DNA of 36,565 nt from a virus: the IMG/VR virus record IMGVR_UViG_3300037400_001528; one strand, given 5' to 3'. A program made the translations under genes and the position numbers. The notes beneath the pieces were generated by a model. The model was given only the letters and a program-made list of their open reading frames with translations, was not told the origin of the DNA and did not search any database. Below are positions 33,470 to 36,565 of this stretch, piece by piece (position 1 is the stretch's first letter; every line of letters begins with the position of its first letter).

Positions 33470-33892
33470 ATGGTGCAGTATGTACTAAAGCGCGTGAACA
33501 TCGCGGGGCGCATAGCATTTGAACCGCCCGCCGACGCAGGGGCGAGCGAGAAAATAAAACGCGAACTGCGCAAATGCCGCGACAAGCACAATGATTATGT
33601 ACTGCTTACCATTCAGCCGCCAAAGCACAGGCGCACGACTGGGGAACATTCGCAGAATCACCACCTTAACGGGCATATCATGCAGATTTGCAACGCAACG
33701 CAAAACTCATACAACGCCGTAAAAGATGAAATCAAACGGATAGCAACCGAAGAAATGGGCTACCCATACGAGGAAATCAATGGGCATATACACCCGATAG
33801 GCGAAAGCGAAAGTTCAACGGACGAGTGCGCGAAGCTGATAGAAGCCGCTCATGTATTGGCGGCGGATTTAGGAATTATTTTACAGGAGTAA
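33470..33892 (+). CDS. NinB/Orf-like recombination mediator (tentative)
   Basis: VLLTIQPPKHRRTTGEHSQNHHLNGHIMQIC and ESESSTDECAKLIEAAHVLAADLGIIL parallel lambda NinB segments (VVTIQERNRSLDQNRKLWACLGDV and QSTSRMRVGEFAELLELIQAFG). Confidence 0.4.
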   Translation: MVQYVLKRVNIAGRIAFEPPADAGASEKIKRELRKCRDKHNDYVLLTIQPPKHRRTTGEHSQNHHLNGHIMQICNATQNSYNAVKDEIKRIATEEMGYPYEEINGHIHPIGESESSTDECAKLIEAAHVLAADLGIILQE

Positions 33893-33898
33893 AACACT

Positions 33899-34627
33899 AT
33901 GAATATCAACATCAAAAATTGCGATGTAAACATCATCACAGGAACGGAAACACTGGAAATCAGCGGAAAAACAGAAATCACAGCCGCAGATAAAACGCCA
34001 GCGACAAACACAGAATCAACACCAGCAGAGGAAACGGGGGTTATTTCACAAATGACCTACACGCCTAAATCAATTTTGAAAAACTTTGACAATGTGCGAA
34101 TCGGCGACCGCGTTAGACTGCCCGCCTTTACCGTTCCAGCCGTAAAAATGGACGGCGAAGAGGTGCTGGCTTTTGATGAAAAACACATCAACGCAGACGA
34201 AGCCATAGTTATTGGCAAAGACGAAAACGGCGATTTGATTTTGATTTTCGACCATTGCCTTTTTGAAAGCGCAATAGATTTGAACAACGAAAAGCGTTTT
34301 GAAATGACACAGCTGGGGCAGTATTTGCAAAGCGAGTTTTTACGGGCAATGAATGGCGCGGGAATCCCCGCCGAAAGTTGCGGGCTTATCAGCAAAGAAG
34401 AGATGTTCGGCGACAATGCGCTTGAATATTTCAAGACGGGGCGCAACCGCATAGCCTTTGATTTTGATGAAGATTGTAGCCGCTACTATTGGCTTTCGAC
34501 ATTGTACGACGAAGAAGCGTCCGCCGCTTATTTCTGCGATGCCAGCAGCTATGGCTATAGCGACTGCAACGGCGCGAGCGATGCGGACTTTTACGTTCGT
34601 CCCCGCTTCGTAATATCTGCAATCTAA
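33899..34627 (+). CDS. DGR target protein 2 (remote target), a small CLec-type variable protein in the early operon
   Basis: 242 aa. The C-terminus YYWLSTLYDEEASAAYFCDASSYGYSDCNGASDADFYVRPRF is encoded by VR2. No N-terminal signal peptide or TM segment is evident. Confidence 0.85.
   Translation: MNINIKNCDVNIITGTETLEISGKTEITAADKTPATNTESTPAEETGVISQMTYTPKSILKNFDNVRIGDRVRLPAFTVPAVKMDGEEVLAFDEKHINADEAIVIGKDENGDLILIFDHCLFESAIDLNNEKRFEMTQLGQYLQSEFLRAMNGAGIPAESCGLISKEEMFGDNALEYFKTGRNRIAFDFDEDCSRYYWLSTLYDEEASAAYFCDASSYGYSDCNGASDADFYVRPRFVISAI
34517..34608 (+). repeat. DGR variable repeat VR2 (remote, 16952 nt downstream of the TR)
   Basis: Ungapped 92-nt alignment to TR 17565-17656. All 15 mismatches fall at TR adenines (9 A->G, 5 A->T, 1 A->C). 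Confidence 0.9.
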
Positions 34628-34633
34628 CAATCT

Positions 34634-34651
34634 GCGGGGCTTCGTCCCCGC
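34634..34651 (+). promoter_or_regulatory. GC hairpin downstream of VR2 (candidate DGR target-recognition hairpin)
   Basis: gcgggg-cttcgt-ccccgc. Its 3' arm, ttcgtccccgc (34641-34651), repeats the VR2 3' end (34596-34606). Confidence 0.45.
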
Positions 34652-34668
34652 ATGATAAGGGGGAACAA

Positions 34669-34845
34669 ATGGGAACAAAGGATTTTATAGCATTAGTTGC
34701 ACAAATGAGGACGAATCAAAAAGCGTACTTCAAAACGCGCAGCTATGAAGCATTGAACGAATCGAAGCGGCTTGAAAAGCTCGTCGATAACGCAATCGAA
34801 GAAATGACCGCCCCGAAAAATCCACAGCAAGAGTTAGGATTATGA
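34669..34845 (+). CDS. Small hypothetical protein (58 aa)
   Basis: Hand-translated: MGTKDFIALVAQMRTNQKAYFKTRSYEALNESKRLEKLVDNAIEEMTAPKNPQQELGL. AAGGGGG RBS. The stop overlaps the next ATG (ATGA). Confidence 0.5.
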   Translation: MGTKDFIALVAQMRTNQKAYFKTRSYEALNESKRLEKLVDNAIEEMTAPKNPQQELGL

Positions 34846-35144
34846 CGGAAACGGAGAAAGAGCAGCGACGCTACGCGCTGGCAATCAGCGGCGGCGTTTG
34901 CGAGGTTTGCGGGCGGCCATTGCGCGACGGACAGCCGCAGGGGGCGCACCGCATAGGAAATACAAAAGCGAACCGCGCGAAATACGGGGATTTTGTTATA
35001 GACCACCGCCTTAATATCGGTATGACCTGTTGCTTGAAATGCAATGGTGCGCTGGATATAAGCGGCAACACGGGCGAAGCAATAAAACTTTGCCGCAGAA
35101 TCTACGACATGGAAGCGCAGAAATACGAGAGAAAAAAGCAATGA
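34842..35144 (+). CDS. HNH-like zinc-finger nuclease (tentative)
   Basis: CEVCG...GAHRIGN...N...CCLKCN resembles the CxxC...H...N...CxxC HNH layout. Confidence 0.4.
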   Translation: MTETEKEQRRYALAISGGVCEVCGRPLRDGQPQGAHRIGNTKANRAKYGDFVIDHRLNIGMTCCLKCNGALDISGNTGEAIKLCRRIYDMEAQKYERKKQ

Positions 35145-35752
35145 GAGAATCATTTGTTTTTCACAAAGACTACATCGAGGATTTGCCCGAGCAATACAAA
35201 ACCGAGTTTATACAAGCAACGATAAACTACGGACTGTATGGCGAAAACCCGCCGTTTAAAGACGGAACGCTTGAAATGGCATTGTGGGCGAAAATTGCCC
35301 GCCGTATAGACGCAGAAGCTGAAAAATACAAGGCAATCAGCGAGAAGCGGAAAGAAGCGGCTCAAAAACGCTATCAGCAGAGAACGAAACCAGCGAGGGA
35401 AGAGCCAGCGAAAACCGAACAGGCGGAACAAAAGGCGGCAACGCCCGAAGAAAGCCCCGCAGAATCGCAGACGGCAAAGCCAAAAAAAGCGGCGGCGTTC
35501 GTAAAGCCTACCGTTGAAGAAATCCGCGCATATTGCGAGGAAAGAAAGAACGGGCTGGACGCACAGGCTTTCTTTGATTTTTACGAAAGTAAAGGCTGGA
35601 AAGTCGGCGCGGCAAAAATGAAAGACTGGCGGGCAAGCGTCCGCACATGGGAACAGCGGCGCAAGAACGAGAACACAGGCGGAAGCAAGAAAGCGGGCGC
35701 GATGTGGGGCAAAGAAAACGAGATACCCGAAGATTATTTTAATCTGATGTAA
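35141..35752 (+). CDS. Replisome organizer / DnaD-like replication protein
   Basis: ATGA start overlaps the upstream stop. The C-terminal VEEIRAYCEERKNGLDAQAFFDFYESKGWKVGAAKMKDWRASVRTWEQR is a conserved phage replication-protein C-terminus. Directly precedes the DnaC-like loader. Confidence 0.55.
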   Translation: MRESFVFHKDYIEDLPEQYKTEFIQATINYGLYGENPPFKDGTLEMALWAKIARRIDAEAEKYKAISEKRKEAAQKRYQQRTKPAREEPAKTEQAEQKAATPEESPAESQTAKPKKAAAFVKPTVEEIRAYCEERKNGLDAQAFFDFYESKGWKVGAAKMKDWRASVRTWEQRRKNENTGGSKKAGAMWGKENEIPEDYFNLM

Positions 35753-35777
35753 AAACAAAAAAAGAGGTGCGGAGAAA

Positions 35778-36482
35778 ATGGGGGAATTTAAAACAATATC
35801 GGACTTACTTAAAATCGACACGGAACACTGGCAAGCCCGCGACGAAGAAATAAAAGCGTGGGAAAAAGCGCAGAATTTGCGGGCGAAAAAAGAACGCTAC
35901 CAGCGGCAAGTTCCCGAACGCTACTGGAGCGAAAGCATAGACACATACAAGACCGATACGGAAGAGCGGCGCAAGGCGAAAGCAAAAGCCGAGAGTTTCA
36001 TACAGGCTGTAAAATGCGGGAAGTTTCAGACGCTCGTTTTTTTAGGCACGGTCGGCACAGGGAAAACGCACCTAGCAAGCGGCATTGTATACGAGTGCGG
36101 CGGGTTTTACAGGCTTGCGCCCGCAATCGTTGAGGAAATCCGCCGCGCAAAATCATTCAATGCAAAGGAAACAGAAGCGGACATCTTAGACACCTACGGA
36201 CGCGCCAGCCTTTTAGTAATTGACGAAATCGGGCGCGGGGTTGTGGCGGCAGAAGAGCAGTATATGCTTTATCAGATTATCAACGAACGCTACAACCGCC
36301 GAAAGCCTACGGTTTTAATCAGCAATCAGAATAAAAAGGATTTTTTGAATTATGTGGGAATCGCCGCCGCCGACCGCCTAACCGAAAGCGCACAGGTGGT
36401 GGAGTTTACGGGGCAAAGTTACCGCGCCGTCATAAGGCGGGGGGGGGGGGGCTTAAATGAAGCCCGTCCAGCTGGAGTTTGA
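35778..36482 (+). CDS. DnaC/IstB-like AAA+ helicase loader
   Basis: Walker A GTVGTGKTH, Walker B LLVIDEIG, and the sensor region VLISNQ. The 3' end reads through the G13 tract. Confidence 0.8.
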   Translation: MGEFKTISDLLKIDTEHWQARDEEIKAWEKAQNLRAKKERYQRQVPERYWSESIDTYKTDTEERRKAKAKAESFIQAVKCGKFQTLVFLGTVGTGKTHLASGIVYECGGFYRLAPAIVEEIRRAKSFNAKETEADILDTYGRASLLVIDEIGRGVVAAEEQYMLYQIINERYNRRKPTVLISNQNKKDFLNYVGIAAADRLTESAQVVEFTGQSYRAVIRRGGGGLNEARPAGV

Positions 36483-36565
36483 TTTTGGCGAGTTACCGAA
36501 CGAAGAAGCAGAGAAACCAAAGCCCGCCCTGCCCCATTTTGACAATCCGAAATGCGACAACGAGC
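36439..36565. repeat. Terminal overlap copy B (duplicate of 1-127)
   Basis: Identical to 1-127. It duplicates the 3' end of the DnaC-like gene and the 5' end of the gene starting at 19. Confidence 0.95.

Noticed and set aside
34340-34678. 112-aa minus-strand ORF containing RIARAVAVAIAIAAGIAEISGG, similar to a peptide in the antisense ORF over the TR
   Set aside because: The similarity is simply the reverse complement of VR2 versus the TR. It lies antisense to a well-supported CDS (33899-34627), so it is not a gene.

Overview
This window is a complete, circularly closed genome of a tailed dsDNA phage. Bases 1-127 are identical to 36439-36565, so the unit length is 36,438 bp. It has a non-contractile tail with a lambda-like tail tip, and almost all genes are on the + strand.

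Gene order:
- 19-1561: a sigma-like putative late activator and small accessory genes.
- 1828-6083: scaffold, capsid, connector, tail tube and chaperone.
- 6094-7507: a ParB-domain DNA methyltransferase broken by a G10 tract.
- 7535-12552: terS, terL, portal and MuF. MuF carries a C-terminal ADP-ribosyltransferase toxin domain.
- 12921-14901: lysis cassette.
- 15138-18889: fibre-like genes plus a complete diversity-generating retroelement (DGR): target with VR1, Avd-like gene, TR, RT.
- 19322-26948: tape measure and tail tip.
- 26959-29001: minus-strand island with a lipoprotein and an rve-type DDE transposase.
- 29100-29640: repeat-rich regulatory region.
- 29641-36482: early recombination and replication operon (VRR-NUC, Cas4/RecB-like nuclease, SSB, ERF, NinB-like, HNH-like, replisome organizer, DnaC-like loader).

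Main findings:
1. The single TR (17561-17656) matches two variable repeats with adenine-specific differences. VR1 lies in the adjacent fibre-region gene. VR2 is remote (34517-34608), at the 3' end of a small gene inside the early recombination/replication operon, which is an unusual context for a DGR target.
2. The 10-mer AATGACTATA occurs 7 times perfectly and 2 times with one mismatch, always on the + strand and only in the late region. It looks like a late promoter or regulatory regulon.
3. Three long G/C homopolymers each sit 4-5 nt upstream of a start codon. One of them frameshifts the methyltransferase.
4. The MuF-ART toxin fusion is followed by a small candidate immunity gene.

I saw no tRNA, rRNA or CRISPR array. 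All functional calls come from reading motifs by eye and need HMM or BLAST confirmation.
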